Shown: positions 36,139-46,546 of the stretch, one piece after another
Layout of the letters: every line of letters begins with the position of its first letter
Numbering within the stretch: position 1 is the first letter of the stretch
Assembly: GCA_964589935.1 (NCBI GenBank)
Contig: CAZPVD010000001.1
Location: 352,818-416,817, forward strand
DNA length: 64,000 nucleotides
From: an uncultured Verrucomicrobiota bacterium
GTDB lineage: Bacteria; Verrucomicrobiota; Verrucomicrobiia; Limisphaerales; VHCN01
Reading direction: 5' to 3'
Notes under the pieces: generated by a model
The model's input: the letters and a program-made list of their open reading frames with translations, nothing else
Told to the model about the DNA's origin: nothing
Database searches by the model: none
Position numbers and translations under genes: made by a program

Positions 36139-39100
36139 ATGCCATTGAAGCGATGCTTCACCGTCCTGTTGGTTCTGGCTGCTGTTGCGGCTGTGGCAAA
36201 TGCCGCCGTCTCGAAAACAGTCGTGGATCTCACGCGCCTTCCTGCGGCATCGAAGGGGCCTGTGGATTACGTGAGGGACATCCAGCCGCTGTTTGCGAAG
36301 AACTGCTACTCCTGCCACGGCGCGGAGAAGCAGAAGAACGGACTGCGCCTCGATCTCAAGGCCGCGGCGCTCGCGGGCGGCGATTCGGGCAGGGTCATCC
36401 TCCCGGGCAACAGCGCGCAGAGCAAACTCATCCATCTTGTCTCGGGCCTCGTCCCGGACACCGTCATGCCGCAGAAGGGCGAGCGGCTCACCGCCGCGGA
36501 GATCGGCAAGCTGCGCGCGTGGATTGACGCCGGAGCCAACTGGCCCGACGAGCTTGCCCAGGCCGGGAAGTCGTCGCACTGGGCCTTCAAGCCGCCGGTG
36601 CGGGCGGAGATTCCCAAGGTGCGGGACGCGAAGTGGGTGCGCAACCCGGTTGACAACTTCGTGCTGGCGCGTCTGGAGAAGGAGAAGGTCAAGCCCTCGC
36701 CCGAGGCGGATCGTTACACGCTGATCCGGCGCTTGTCGCTGGACCTGCTGGGACTGCCGCCGAAGCCGGAGGAAGTGAGCGCGTTTGTGAACGACACGAG
36801 TCCCAACGCCTACGACAAGCTCGTGGACCGTTTGCTCGCCTCGCCGCACTTCGGCGAACGCTGGGCCCGTCACTGGCTCGACCTTGCGCGCTATGCGGAC
36901 AGCGACGGCTACGAGAAGGATCGCCCTCGCCCGTTCGCCTACACTTACCGGGACTGGGTCATCAAGGCCATCAACGACGACCTGCCTTATGACCGATTCA
37001 GCATCGAGCAGCTTGCCGGCGATCTGCTCGACAAGCCGACGCACGAGCAGCTCGTCGCCACCGGCTTCCACCGCCAGACGCTCACCAACACCGAGGGCGG
37101 CGTGGACCAGGAGGAGTTTCGCTGCAAGGCCATCGTGGACCGCGTGAGCACCACGAGCACTGTCTGGCTCGGCCTCACGATGGGTTGCTGCGAATGCCAC
37201 TCGCACAAATACGACCCGCTCACGCAGCGCGAGTTCTATTCGCTCTTTGCGTTTTTCAACAATGCCTCGGAGAAGAACATTCCATCGCCGCAGCCGGACG
37301 AACTAGCCATTTACGAAAAGGCGAAAAAGTTGCACGACGCCGAGACAGCGAAACTCAAGGCAGCGCTCGACAGCTACGTGAAGGAGAAAATTCCGGCGAA
37401 GTTTGACGCGTGGCTCGCCACCACGCCTTCTGCCGTGCGCTGGAAAACACTCACCCCCGACAAGCTCGCAGCCAAAAATGGCTCGGTGCTGCGGGCCGCA
37501 AAAGACGGAAGCGTCGTCGCCGCAGGCAAGGTGCCGTCGAAGGAAACCTACACCGTCGAGACCAAAACAGCGCTGTCGAAGGTGACCGGCTTCCGCCTCG
37601 AAGCCATCGAGCCAGCCAGCGCAAAAAAGAAAGGCCCCGGCCGCTCGAAGGACGGCAACTTTGTCCTGACGCATTTCACCGTGATGGTGCAGTTGCCCGG
37701 CGAGGAGAAGGCACGCGCTGTTGCCTTGACGAATGCCACGGCGGATTTTTCGCAGGACCAGTTCGATGTCGCAAGCGCGCTGCTCGGCAAGGATTCGACC
37801 GGCTGGGCCGTTGCGCCTCAGATGGACCGCTCGCACGTCGCGGTCTTTGAGTGCAAGGAGCCGCTCACGCTGCCGGAGGGAGCGCGGCTGATCTTCACGC
37901 TCGACCACCAATACGAGGAAGGCTACACGCTCGGGCAGTTCCGTCTGGCCGCCACCGAGGGCGCGAGTCCACTCCACGCTGACACCATGGCCGACACGGT
38001 CGTCGAGGCGCTCGACACTCCGCCGGAACTGCGCACGGCGAAACAGCGTGATGCGCTCGCAAAGTTCTTCCGTGAACAGGTGGACCCCGAAGCGAAGAAG
38101 CTCCAGGCCGCACTCACCGCTCACGCGAAAAAGGCGCCCGTCTTCCCGCCAACCACCGCGGCGACCATCATCGAGGATCCCGCGGGGCGGAAGACGGCGA
38201 TTCACGTGCGTGGAAACTTCCTTGATCGCGGCGCGGAAGTTCAGCCCGGCGCGCCGGCGGTGTTGCACCCATTCAAGCCGCGCGGTGAAAAACCCGACCG
38301 GCTCGATTTGGCCAAGTGGCTTTTCGACCCGGCAAACCCGCTCACCGCGCGCGTCACCGTCAACCACGTTTGGAAGAATCTTTTCGGGCGCGGGCTTGTG
38401 GCGTCGCTCGACGACTTCGGCACGCGCGGCGACAAGCCCACGCATCCCGAGTTGCTCGACTGGCTCGCGCTGAACTTTTCCTCGCCGACGACAATGAATC
38501 CGACTATCGAGCCGTATCACTTCGGTTTGAATTGGAGCCGCAAGGAACTCATCAAACTCATCGTCACGAGCGCGACTTATCGGCAGGCGTCAAACATCCG
38601 GCAAGATCTTGTGACACGCGACCCGAACAACCTCCTGCTCGCTCGACAAAATCGCCTTCGCCTTGAAGCGGAACCCGTTCGAGATGCCTATCTTGCCGCG
38701 AGCGGATTGTTGAGCGAGAAAATCGGTGGCCCAAGCATCCGTCCGCCGCTGCCTGCGGACATCGCCGCGCTCGGCTACGCGAACTCGGTGAAGTGGGCCG
38801 AGAGCAAGGGCGACGAGAAAAACCGCCGCGGCCTCTACATTTTTTTCCAGCGCACGGTCCCGTATCCAATGTTGGTGACTTTCGACGCGCCGGACTCGAA
38901 CTCGACCTGCACTCGTCGCGAGCGCAGCAACACGCCGTTGCAGGCGCTCACGTTGCTCAACGACCCGGTCTTTTACGAGTGCGCGCAGGCGCTTGGCCGC
39001 CGCATGGCTTCGTTCAACACGGCGGACCCGTTCGAGAAAATCCGTTTCGGCTTCCAGCTCTGCACCGCGCGGCCGCCAACCGCGGAAGAATTTGGCAAGC

Positions 39101-39267
39101 TCGCGAAACTTTATGAAACGCAACTCAAGCTCGCGCAGGCCAGTCCGGAAAATGCGGCGAACATCGCCGGCTGCAAGAAGGACGACCCCGACGCGGCGGA
39201 GAAGGCCACCTTCGTCGCGTTGAGCCGCGTGCTGTTGAACCTCGATGAATTTGTGACCCGCGATTGA
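36139..39267 (+). CDS. PSCyt1 (planctomycete cytochrome c) + DUF1549 + DUF1553 (PSD1) domain protein
   Basis: ATG at 36139 (MPLKRCFTVLLVLAAVAAVANA signal). CYSCHGAEKQKNGLRLD haem-type motif, then RRLSLDLLGLPP (DUF1549 pattern), then C-terminal ...CTRRERSNTPLQAL (DUF1553 pattern). Confidence 0.85.
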   Translation: MPLKRCFTVLLVLAAVAAVANAAVSKTVVDLTRLPAASKGPVDYVRDIQPLFAKNCYSCHGAEKQKNGLRLDLKAAALAGGDSGRVILPGNSAQSKLIHLVSGLVPDTVMPQKGERLTAAEIGKLRAWIDAGANWPDELAQAGKSSHWAFKPPVRAEIPKVRDAKWVRNPVDNFVLARLEKEKVKPSPEADRYTLIRRLSLDLLGLPPKPEEVSAFVNDTSPNAYDKLVDRLLASPHFGERWARHWLDLARYADSDGYEKDRPRPFAYTYRDWVIKAINDDLPYDRFSIEQLAGDLLDKPTHEQLVATGFHRQTLTNTEGGVDQEEFRCKAIVDRVSTTSTVWLGLTMGCCECHSHKYDPLTQREFYSLFAFFNNASEKNIPSPQPDELAIYEKAKKLHDAETAKLKAALDSYVKEKIPAKFDAWLATTPSAVRWKTLTPDKLAAKNGSVLRAAKDGSVVAAGKVPSKETYTVETKTALSKVTGFRLEAIEPASAKKKGPGRSKDGNFVLTHFTVMVQLPGEEKARAVALTNATADFSQDQFDVASALLGKDSTGWAVAPQMDRSHVAVFECKEPLTLPEGARLIFTLDHQYEEGYTLGQFRLAATEGASPLHADTMADTVVEALDTPPELRTAKQRDALAKFFREQVDPEAKKLQAALTAHAKKAPVFPPTTAATIIEDPAGRKTAIHVRGNFLDRGAEVQPGAPAVLHPFKPRGEKPDRLDLAKWLFDPANPLTARVTVNHVWKNLFGRGLVASLDDFGTRGDKPTHPELLDWLALNFSSPTTMNPTIEPYHFGLNWSRKELIKLIVTSATYRQASNIRQDLVTRDPNNLLLARQNRLRLEAEPVRDAYLAASGLLSEKIGGPSIRPPLPADIAALGYANSVKWAESKGDEKNRRGLYIFFQRTVPYPMLVTFDAPDSNSTCTRRERSNTPLQALTLLNDPVFYECAQALGRRMASFNTADPFEKIRFGFQLCTARPPTAEEFGKLAKLYETQLKLAQASPENAANIAGCKKDDPDAAEKATFVALSRVLLNLDEFVTRD

Positions 39268-39269
39268 TT

Positions 39270-40772
39270 ATGCAGCCAAATCGAATTCCCGACATGAGCC
39301 CGCACGATATCGCCACGCTGACGCGCCGCGATTTTCTCGCCACGAGCGTCACCGGGCTCGGCACGCTTGCGCTCGCGACTTGCCTCCAGCGCGACGGCCT
39401 GCTCGCGACCGAGCCGCACCGCACCGACCCTCTCGCGCCGCGCCAGCCGCACTTCGCGCCGCGCGCGAAGAACTGCATCCTCATCTATTTCGAGGGCGCG
39501 CCCAGCCACATTGATTTGTTCGACCCGAAGCCGAAGTTGAACGAGATGAACGGCCAGAAACTGCCGGACGAGATGCTCGAAAAGGTCCGCTTCGCTTTCA
39601 TCAAGAAGGAAGGCGTCCGACTCATGGGCAGCCCGCGCAAGTTCACCCCGCACGGCCAGTGCGGCACGGAGTTGAGCGATTTGCTTCCGCACATCGGTTC
39701 GATTGCGGACGACATCTGCCTTGTGCGCTCGATGAACACGACGCAGTTCAATCATCATCCTGGCCAGTTGATGATGAACTGCGGCTCGCCGCTGTTCGGG
39801 CGGCCGACGCTCGGCGCATGGCTCGCATACGGCCTCGGCAACGAGTCGCAGAACCTCCCTGCTTACGTCGTGCTGCACGCCGGACGCGGTTCGAGCGCGG
39901 GCGCGAGCGCGTGGACGAGCGGCTTCCTGCCGACCAGCTACGCCGGCGTGCTCTTCCGCAACCAAGGCGACCCCGTTCTGAATTTGTCGAACCCGCCGGG
40001 ATTCACCGACGAGATGCAGCACCTCGGCCTCGACGCCATCGGTGACTTGAACCGCCTTCGGCACAAATATGTCGCCGACCCGGAAATCGCCTCGCGCATC
40101 GGCGCCTACGAACTTGCCGGGCGAATGCAGGCCGCGATGCCGGAGTTGATGGATGTCTCGAAGGAATCGCCCGCGACGCTTGAAGCCTACGGCGTGAATC
40201 GCAAGTCGCTCGCAAATCCCGGCGGTCGCGGCGGCGGGCCGGAGACTTACTCGACTTTCGCGCGCAACTGCCTGCTCGCGCGCCGCATGGTCGAGCGCGG
40301 CACGCGCTTCGTCACGCTGCTGCACGCGTCATGGGACCACCACAGCAACATCAATCAGGAGCTGCCCTTCTGCGCCGGCATGGCGGACCAGCCCATCGCT
40401 GCGCTCGTGAAGGATTTGAAGCAGCGCGGGATGCTTGACGACACGATGGTGATTTGGGCTAGCGAATTCGGCCGCACGCCGCTCGGCGAAAATCGCGGTG
40501 GCTCAGCGAACGTCACCGGCCGCGATCATCACCCGTTTGCGTTTTCGATGTGGCTCGCTGGCGGCGGCATCAAGGGCGGGCAGGTCATCGGCAAGACCGA
40601 CGAAATCGGCTGGGGCATCACCGAGGATCCGGTGAATGTCCACGACCTGCACGCAACCATCCTTCACCAGTTTGGCTTCGAGCACGAGAATCTCACTTAT
40701 CGCTTCCAAGGACTCGACTTCAAGCTCACCGGCGTCGAGGGCGCGAATGTTGTTCCGAAGATGCTCGCGTGA
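39270..40772 (+). CDS. DUF1501 (sulfatase-like) protein with Tat signal
   Basis: ATG at 39270 (the ORF track TTG is at 39264). Twin-arginine LTRRDFLATSVTGLGTLALA. WDHH...GRDHH motifs typical of DUF1501. This is the classic partner of the preceding DUF1549/1553 gene. Confidence 0.85.
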   Translation: MQPNRIPDMSPHDIATLTRRDFLATSVTGLGTLALATCLQRDGLLATEPHRTDPLAPRQPHFAPRAKNCILIYFEGAPSHIDLFDPKPKLNEMNGQKLPDEMLEKVRFAFIKKEGVRLMGSPRKFTPHGQCGTELSDLLPHIGSIADDICLVRSMNTTQFNHHPGQLMMNCGSPLFGRPTLGAWLAYGLGNESQNLPAYVVLHAGRGSSAGASAWTSGFLPTSYAGVLFRNQGDPVLNLSNPPGFTDEMQHLGLDAIGDLNRLRHKYVADPEIASRIGAYELAGRMQAAMPELMDVSKESPATLEAYGVNRKSLANPGGRGGGPETYSTFARNCLLARRMVERGTRFVTLLHASWDHHSNINQELPFCAGMADQPIAALVKDLKQRGMLDDTMVIWASEFGRTPLGENRGGSANVTGRDHHPFAFSMWLAGGGIKGGQVIGKTDEIGWGITEDPVNVHDLHATILHQFGFEHENLTYRFQGLDFKLTGVEGANVVPKMLA

Positions 40773-40821
40773 CAGCGCGCAAGTTTGACAAGCCGACCCG
40801 CGACCGTTACCAACGCACCTC

Positions 40822-41352
40822 ATGAAACACATCCTTTGCCTCGCGACATTCATTGCCTTCGCTACTTCCACCGCGCTCGCCGCGCCGGAAACGTTCAAAG
40901 TCAGCGAATTTACCTTCACGCGTCCCGCATCATGGGAATGGGTCGAGCTGGCCTCGACCGCGATGCGCAAAGCGCAGCTCAAAGTCACCGACGCCAAGAC
41001 CAAGCAGAGCGGCGATGTGATTTTTTATTACTTCGGCGCTGGCGGCGGAGGTGGAACAAAGGCCAATGTGGATCGCTGGTTTGGACAGTTCGAGGAACCG
41101 CGCGAAAAGATCAACGCAAAGACTGAGGAAGTCACGGTCGGCAAGACCAAGGTCACTTACGTTTCGGCCGAGGGCACTTACAAGAGTGGCATGCCCGGCG
41201 GGCCGACCACACCAATGCCGAACTTCATGCTGCTTGGCGCGATCGTGGAAGGAGGCGAAGGCAGCATCTTCATCCGCCTCACCGCGCCAAAGGACCTCGC
41301 CAAGTCCGCAACTGCCGACTTTAAGAAGATGATCGAGAGTGGGTTGAAGTAA
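40822..41352 (+). CDS. secreted hypothetical protein
   Basis: 176-aa ORF with signal peptide MKHILCLATFIAFATSTALAA. No motif recognised. Confidence 0.6.
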   Translation: MKHILCLATFIAFATSTALAAPETFKVSEFTFTRPASWEWVELASTAMRKAQLKVTDAKTKQSGDVIFYYFGAGGGGGTKANVDRWFGQFEEPREKINAKTEEVTVGKTKVTYVSAEGTYKSGMPGGPTTPMPNFMLLGAIVEGGEGSIFIRLTAPKDLAKSATADFKKMIESGLK

Positions 41353-41378
41353 CTTCTTCGCGCGTTGTTCAAACAAGG

Positions 41379-41410
41379 CAGTGGCCGCCTTCGTGTGAAG
41401 GCGGCCACTG
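41379..41410. terminator. bidirectional intrinsic-terminator-like hairpin between convergent genes
   Basis: Perfect 14-bp stem CAGTGGCCGCCTTC / GAAGGCGGCCACTG with loop GTGT, followed by TTGTT on the + strand. It sits 27 nt after the + gene stop and 26 nt after the - gene stop. Confidence 0.7.
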
Positions 41411-41435
41411 TTGTTAGATGCTCCCGCTGTCTTAC

Positions 41436-42326
41436 TTACCTGCGAGGGCCGTGCGGGAGTAACGGCGTGCGAGGAACGGTGCGGTCAACACCGCCACCGA
41501 CTCCAACATTGCCGGATGCCCGGTTTCCTTCGCGATCCAAGTCGCCTTTCGCATTCGCATGTGCCGACACGTGATCACGTTCGATGTCCGTGTTCAGTTT
41601 CCCGGCGCCACTGATCATCCTGCCGAGCTTCATGTTGTTCTCGGCGGCGATTTCACCCCAGCCCTTGCCGGCTCTGAACTCCGCGACCACATCGCTGAAG
41701 CTCTTGCCGGAGGACTTGGAAATCTCCGTGGCGATGAACAGCCCGCCGAAGCCCAGGCCGGTCTCGGCCTTTTCCTTGCGGAGCGTTTCGACGCTCACGC
41801 CCGTCTCGGCGGAGATGTGCGCGAAGACCACGTCGTCTCCGTGTTTGGCCGCGGCGTTGAGTGCGTCGAGTTTTTTGTCGAGGTCGTGCCGTTCACGGGC
41901 CTCGCGTTTTTCCATCTCGTGCCGGTCATTGTCCACTTTGGCCTCGACGCGATGGGCTGACTTCATCAGCGCGCCCAGTTTCACGTTGGCCTCGGCGGCG
42001 ATCTGGCCCCAGCCCTTGCCCGCCTTGAACTCGGCCGCCACGGCGGCAAAGGTTTTGCCCGAGGCTTTGGCCAGTTCGTTGGCGATGAGCAGTCCGCCGA
42101 ATCCCAATCCGGTTTCGGTCTTTTCCTTGCGAAGCGTTTCGACGCTCACGCCCGTCTCGGCGGAGATGCGCGCGAAGACGGCATCCTGATCGCCGTGTTT
42201 TGCTTCGATCGTATTCAGCGTGGACACCTTCGCATCCAGCTCCTGCCGGTCATCGGCTCGCGCCACGGTTCCCACACCCGTCGCCAGCGCGGCGGACAAC
42301 GCAGTTACGAACAGTTGCTTTTTCAT
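41436..42326 (-). CDS. secreted protein with an internal tandem duplication of a ~90-aa module
   Basis: 296-aa ORF with a signal peptide. Two modules share ...FA.ISAETGVSVETLRKEK.ETGLGFGGL.IA.E..K.SGK.F..V.AEF.AGKGWG.IAAE.N.KLG.... Confidence 0.6.
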   Translation of the reverse strand: MKKQLFVTALSAALATGVGTVARADDRQELDAKVSTLNTIEAKHGDQDAVFARISAETGVSVETLRKEKTETGLGFGGLLIANELAKASGKTFAAVAAEFKAGKGWGQIAAEANVKLGALMKSAHRVEAKVDNDRHEMEKREARERHDLDKKLDALNAAAKHGDDVVFAHISAETGVSVETLRKEKAETGLGFGGLFIATEISKSSGKSFSDVVAEFRAGKGWGEIAAENNMKLGRMISGAGKLNTDIERDHVSAHANAKGDLDREGNRASGNVGVGGGVDRTVPRTPLLPHGPRR

Positions 42327-42482
42327 TTTCTGCCTTTCTCATTCGGCTGCCCGACACGGCCGGCTTGCTGTCAGGCCGGCCATTCGTTCAGTCATTTTTG
42401 ACACCGTTAATTACGGATGACTTTGCCCGTGTCGCCATGGGGTGAGTGACCTAGGGCTTTCGCCGAATGCCACATTTCCAGC

Positions 42483-43421
42483 CTAAAACGTGTGAAAAAG
42501 ACTCAAACCGACGGCGTGCAGATCGAATTGCTGGTGCATCTCGTAACGGTAGCTGGGCTGAATGGACCAGCGTTGCGCGAGTCGAATGCGCCATTCCGCG
42601 CCGACACTTTGGAAGCGATTTTCGCCGATAAGACTGAATTGCGGATCGCTCACGTCCTCGTCACCGAAACTGTAGAAGGCGCGCACCCACGAGCCTTCGG
42701 CATAATCCCAGATTGTATCCAGGCTCACCATGTAGCTTTGAATGTCCCCGCCCGATGGACGCCGCGCGGAACCCAACGGCGGCCTTCCCCTGCCCGCAGC
42801 CCCGCTTCCGAGCCGATCGTTCGACATGAAAACGAACACATCACTCGAAAACTTCGGATGCCACAGCCACGTCACCCCCACGTCGCCCTGTTCGACATCA
42901 ACATCCGTGAAGCGCAGATAATTTACGTCCGCGTGGCCAAGGAACTGTTCAGTGAAACGGTAAGTGCCACCGCCGCCACCCTGCCATTTGGGGATGAAAT
43001 CGCCCGATAGAGCCGCGCCCGCGTTGGCGCGGACCCGCCAGTCGCCGAGCCACCCACTCGTCCAGAAACCCTGGACCTGGTTGGCCGTGGTGTCGAACCG
43101 CCTATACCAGCGATATTCGAGTTGCACCGTTTGCTTGTCCGGCTGATGCCAGAACGCGGACGCAAATGCCTCCTGCCAGTTGGATGGATTGACGCCCGAC
43201 CCGGTTCTGTCGCGCAGCGCGCTATACTCAAAACCCGCGCTCGCGCCGAACTCGCCGTCGTCGAGAAACCGCTGGAATCGGTCGAGCGACAACGGAGCGC
43301 GGTCCACTGCGGCATCTTGGGCAGCGCAGACATTCAGACAGAGAACGACCGCAGCCAGCGAGGCGAGCCGGCGCGGCCAACGACACTGGAATATGGAGAT
43401 ACAGGTTTCGGGAGTGTTCAT
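42483..43421 (-). CDS. putative outer-membrane beta-barrel protein (YaiO-like?)
   Basis: The ORF track starts at 43538; I prefer the ATG at 43421 (MNTPETCISIFQCRWPRRLASLAAVVLCLNVCAAQ). It has alternating beta-strand patterns and a C-terminal ...VGLSLFHTF ending in Phe. The family assignment is tentative. Confidence 0.5.
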   Translation of the reverse strand: MNTPETCISIFQCRWPRRLASLAAVVLCLNVCAAQDAAVDRAPLSLDRFQRFLDDGEFGASAGFEYSALRDRTGSGVNPSNWQEAFASAFWHQPDKQTVQLEYRWYRRFDTTANQVQGFWTSGWLGDWRVRANAGAALSGDFIPKWQGGGGGTYRFTEQFLGHADVNYLRFTDVDVEQGDVGVTWLWHPKFSSDVFVFMSNDRLGSGAAGRGRPPLGSARRPSGGDIQSYMVSLDTIWDYAEGSWVRAFYSFGDEDVSDPQFSLIGENRFQSVGAEWRIRLAQRWSIQPSYRYEMHQQFDLHAVGLSLFHTF

Positions 43422-43582
43422 AGACGATTGATGGTTGTTTCGCAAAAGCCGCGAAGGCTTCCGCGGTTTTGGACTCGGACTGGACGGACTGGCAGATGAA
43501 CATTCCACAGGTTTTGTGAAATGCAACGGAAGCATCACTCGCAGAGGGGGAAAAACGCAACGGCAACGGCATCATTGAAACA

Positions 43583-44515
43583 ATGCGCGGCTCCGCTAGC
43601 CACGGCGCGTCCGATTCACAAAGTCCGCCGAGTTGTTATTCCAAGAAAGCAGAGAAATGTTGCGTAACGACGCCAAAGGAGGCAAATGGTTTTCGTTCTC
43701 CTTTGAACAACGGCGCAATTATTGGCACGGGCCGCACGGCGGATGTCCTTTCGTGGGGCGAAGGACGGGTGCTCAAGCACTTTCAGCCGGGACGACCGGC
43801 GGCGAAGGTGGAAAGGGAGTTTATGGTTACACGCGCAGCCAAAGCCGCAGGGCTGCCCGTGCCCGCGGCCTACGAGTTGGTGGCTGTGGAAGGGCGGCTG
43901 GGAATTGTCTTCGAGCGGATCGAAGGTGTCACGATGCTCAAACAGTTTCAGAGCCAGCCGTGGAAGCTCTTCGCCGCGACCCGTCTGGTGGCGGAGTTGC
44001 ACGCTCAAGTGCATGGCTGGCCCGCGCCGCCTGAAATCCCGCCGCTTCGGCTGCGAATCGAAGCGCGCATTGAGGACGCGCAAGGGTTGTCGGAGGCGGA
44101 CAAACAAATTGCGCGGCGCTGTCTGGATCGGTTGCCGGAAGGCGACGCGCTGTGCCACGGAGACTTTCATCCCGACAACATCCTTCTGACCGCAAGCGGG
44201 CCGGTCATCATTGACTGGGGAGGCGGCTCGCGCGGCGACCCACTCGCGGACGTGGCGCAGACGATTGTTTTGATTCAGAAGGAGAGCCTGCCATCCGAAA
44301 CGCCTCTGCCGTTGCGGGCGCTGGTGAGCGTTTCGCGCGCGTTGATGCACGCCGTCTATCAGCGGCATTATCTGAAACTGCGTCCCGGCACTGCACAACG
44401 CATCGAGGCTTGGAGGCTGCTGTTACTGGCAACCAGTTCATGCGAGGTAAAGAACGACGAACGACATTCGCTGCTCGCGCGACTTGAGGCTGCAGTGGAT
44501 CGGCTGCCACGGTGA
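43583..44515 (+). CDS. aminoglycoside/choline-kinase-type phosphotransferase (APH family)
   Basis: 310-aa ORF with catalytic-loop/Brenner-type motif CHGDFHPDNILL and IIDWGGGSRGDPLADVA. The true start may lie downstream of 43583. Confidence 0.75.
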   Translation: MRGSASHGASDSQSPPSCYSKKAEKCCVTTPKEANGFRSPLNNGAIIGTGRTADVLSWGEGRVLKHFQPGRPAAKVEREFMVTRAAKAAGLPVPAAYELVAVEGRLGIVFERIEGVTMLKQFQSQPWKLFAATRLVAELHAQVHGWPAPPEIPPLRLRIEARIEDAQGLSEADKQIARRCLDRLPEGDALCHGDFHPDNILLTASGPVIIDWGGGSRGDPLADVAQTIVLIQKESLPSETPLPLRALVSVSRALMHAVYQRHYLKLRPGTAQRIEAWRLLLLATSSCEVKNDERHSLLARLEAAVDRLPR

Positions 44516-44668
44516 ACAAGCTTTATGAAAACACCTGTTACAGCCCGGAGAATATCTTGTCAGGCGTCGGTGAGACATTATTTTTCGCCCCGCTTATTTT
44601 AGAGCGAGTCCCGGTGCCGGCTTGTCATGGGGGGAAATTTCAGGGAAGCTCGCCCCACTTTTTGACAC

Positions 44669-46390
44669 ATGAAAAAATCCGCAGCCAAAACAAAGCCCTC
44701 CTCACTCGCCCGCGCCCACTCGTCCATCGTCGTGGATGGCGCGGAACGTGCCGCCAGCCGCGCCATGCTCCACGCGGTCGGCTTCAAGCGGGAGGATTTT
44801 CAAAAGTCGCAAGTCGCCGTGTGTTCCACTTGGAGCCAGGTCACGCCGTGCAACATCCACATTGACCAGCTCGCCGTGAGCGTCGCGATGGGCGTGAACG
44901 AGGCCGGTGGCAAGGCGGTCGTGTTCAACACCATCACCATTTCGGATGGCATCTCGATGGGCAGCGAAGGCATGAAGTATTCGCTCGTTTCGCGCGAAGT
45001 GATTGCCGATTCCATCGAGACTGTTGTCGGCTGTGAAGGCATGGACGGACTCGTGGCAATCGGTGGCTGCGACAAGAACATGCCCGGCTGCGTGATGGCG
45101 ATGGCGCGGCTCAATCGGCCCAGCGTGTTCGTCTATGGCGGCACGATCCTGCCCGGCGACTTTCACGGCAAACCAGTGGACGTGGTGTCGTGCTTCGAAG
45201 CCGTCGGATTGCACGCCGCGGGGAAATTTTCCGACAAGGAACTTGCGGCGCTCGAAGAAGTCGCCATCCCCGGCCCCGGCTCGTGCGGCGGCATGTATAC
45301 GGCGAACACGATGGCCAGCGCGATCGAGGCGCTCGGCATGAGCCTGCCGAATTCGAGCGCGCAAGCCGCCATTTCCACCGACAAGACGAAGGACTGCGAG
45401 GCCGCCGGTGCCGCCGTGCTGCACCTCATCAAGCTCGGCATCCGCCCGCGTGACATCATGACGAAGAAAGCCTTTGAAAATGCCATCACGCTCGTCATCG
45501 CGCTCGGCGGCTCGACGAACGCCGTGCTGCACCTGCTCGCGATGGCCAGCGCCGCGAACGTGAAGCTGACCATCGACGACTTCACCCGCATCGGCAAACG
45601 CGTGCCCGTGCTCGCCGACCTCAAGCCCAGCGGCAAATACGTCATGGCCAAGCTCGTCGAGATCGGCGGCACCGTGCCGTTGATGAAAATGCTCCTCGAC
45701 GCGGGCCTCATGCACGGCGACTGCATGACCGTCACCGGCAAAACGCTCGCGGAAAATCTCAAACACGCGCCGAAGTATCCCACCGGCCAGGACGTCGTGC
45801 GTGATTTTTCAAACCCGATCAAGAAGACCAGCCACCTCGTCGTCTTCCGCGGCAACCTCTGCCCCACCGGCGCGGTCGGCAAGATCAGCGGCAAGGAAGG
45901 ATTGCTGTTCCGTGGCAATGCGATTTGCTTCGACTCGGAAGAAAAGGCACTCGGCGCGATTCTCGATGGCCGCGTGAAGAAAGGTCATGTCATCGTCATC
46001 CGCATGGAGGGGCCACGTGGCGGCCCCGGAATGCGCGAGATGCTCTCGCCGACTTCCGCGATCATGGGCAAGGGCCTCGGCAAGGATGTCGCGCTCATCA
46101 CCGACGGGCGCTTCAGTGGCGGCTCGCATGGATTCGTCGTCGGCCATGTCACGCCTGAAGCCTACGAGGGCGGCCCGCTCGCCATCGTGAAGAACGGCGA
46201 CGCGATCACGTTCGATGCGGAGAAGCGCGAGATCACGCTGGAGATTTCCAAGGCGGAGTTGGACAAGCGCCTGCGTCTCTGGAAGCGGCCTGCGCCGCGT
46301 TACACGCGGGGCGTGTTGGCGAAGTATTCCGCCACGGTAAAGTCCGCCAGTGAGGGTGCCGTGACGGATTTGGATTTGAAGCTCACCTGA
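44669..46390 (+). CDS. ilvD: dihydroxy-acid dehydratase
   Basis: 573-aa ORF with [40 protein letters not shown] and [12 protein letters not shown]. Confidence 0.95.
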   Translation: MKKSAAKTKPSSLARAHSSIVVDGAERAASRAMLHAVGFKREDFQKSQVAVCSTWSQVTPCNIHIDQLAVSVAMGVNEAGGKAVVFNTITISDGISMGSEGMKYSLVSREVIADSIETVVGCEGMDGLVAIGGCDKNMPGCVMAMARLNRPSVFVYGGTILPGDFHGKPVDVVSCFEAVGLHAAGKFSDKELAALEEVAIPGPGSCGGMYTANTMASAIEALGMSLPNSSAQAAISTDKTKDCEAAGAAVLHLIKLGIRPRDIMTKKAFENAITLVIALGGSTNAVLHLLAMASAANVKLTIDDFTRIGKRVPVLADLKPSGKYVMAKLVEIGGTVPLMKMLLDAGLMHGDCMTVTGKTLAENLKHAPKYPTGQDVVRDFSNPIKKTSHLVVFRGNLCPTGAVGKISGKEGLLFRGNAICFDSEEKALGAILDGRVKKGHVIVIRMEGPRGGPGMREMLSPTSAIMGKGLGKDVALITDGRFSGGSHGFVVGHVTPEAYEGGPLAIVKNGDAITFDAEKREITLEISKAELDKRLRLWKRPAPRYTRGVLAKYSATVKSASEGAVTDLDLKLT

Positions 46391-46431
46391 GTTGGGCTGG
46401 GCACATTTCATCGCAACGCTTGGAATACGCG

Positions 46432-46466
46432 GCAAGGTTCCTTCGTCGAGAACAAAGGAACCTTGC
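46432..46466 (+). terminator. hairpin downstream of ilvD (terminator candidate)
   Basis: 12-bp perfect stem GCAAGGTTCCTT / AAGGAACCTTGC with an 11-nt loop. Only a short T tract follows. Confidence 0.4.
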
Positions 46467-46546
46467 TTGCGCGACGACGTTCTGTTCAACATTCGCAAAG
46501 CCCGCGAGCGGTTGCCTGTAGCCGACTTGACTGGCCCTGTGCTGCC

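Noticed and set aside
36085-40325. Long minus-strand ORFs (36085-37206, 37303-38520, 39111-40325) opposite the PSCyt/DUF1553 and DUF1501 genes
   Set aside because: These are antisense artefacts in GC-rich DNA. The plus-strand proteins carry unmistakable family motifs and signal/Tat peptides.
42327-42482. Possible small RNA or tRNA in the 156-bp gap
   Set aside because: No cloverleaf-compatible arms or conserved tRNA boxes were found, only a 7-bp GGCCGGC/GCCGGCC stem. It is most simply a weak terminator/5' UTR between two minus-strand genes.
43440-43470. AAAAGCCGCGAAGGCTTCCGCGGTTTT hairpin as a terminator
   Set aside because: It lies between divergently transcribed genes, so it is upstream of both. 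The stem is only 5-6 bp. It could be a minor regulatory structure, but there is no support for that.
44516-44668. Possible leader peptide or attenuator upstream of ilvD
   Set aside because: The small ORF starting at 44524 (MKTPVTARRISCQ...) is not enriched in Ile/Leu/Val codons. I saw no alternative terminator/antiterminator pairings.
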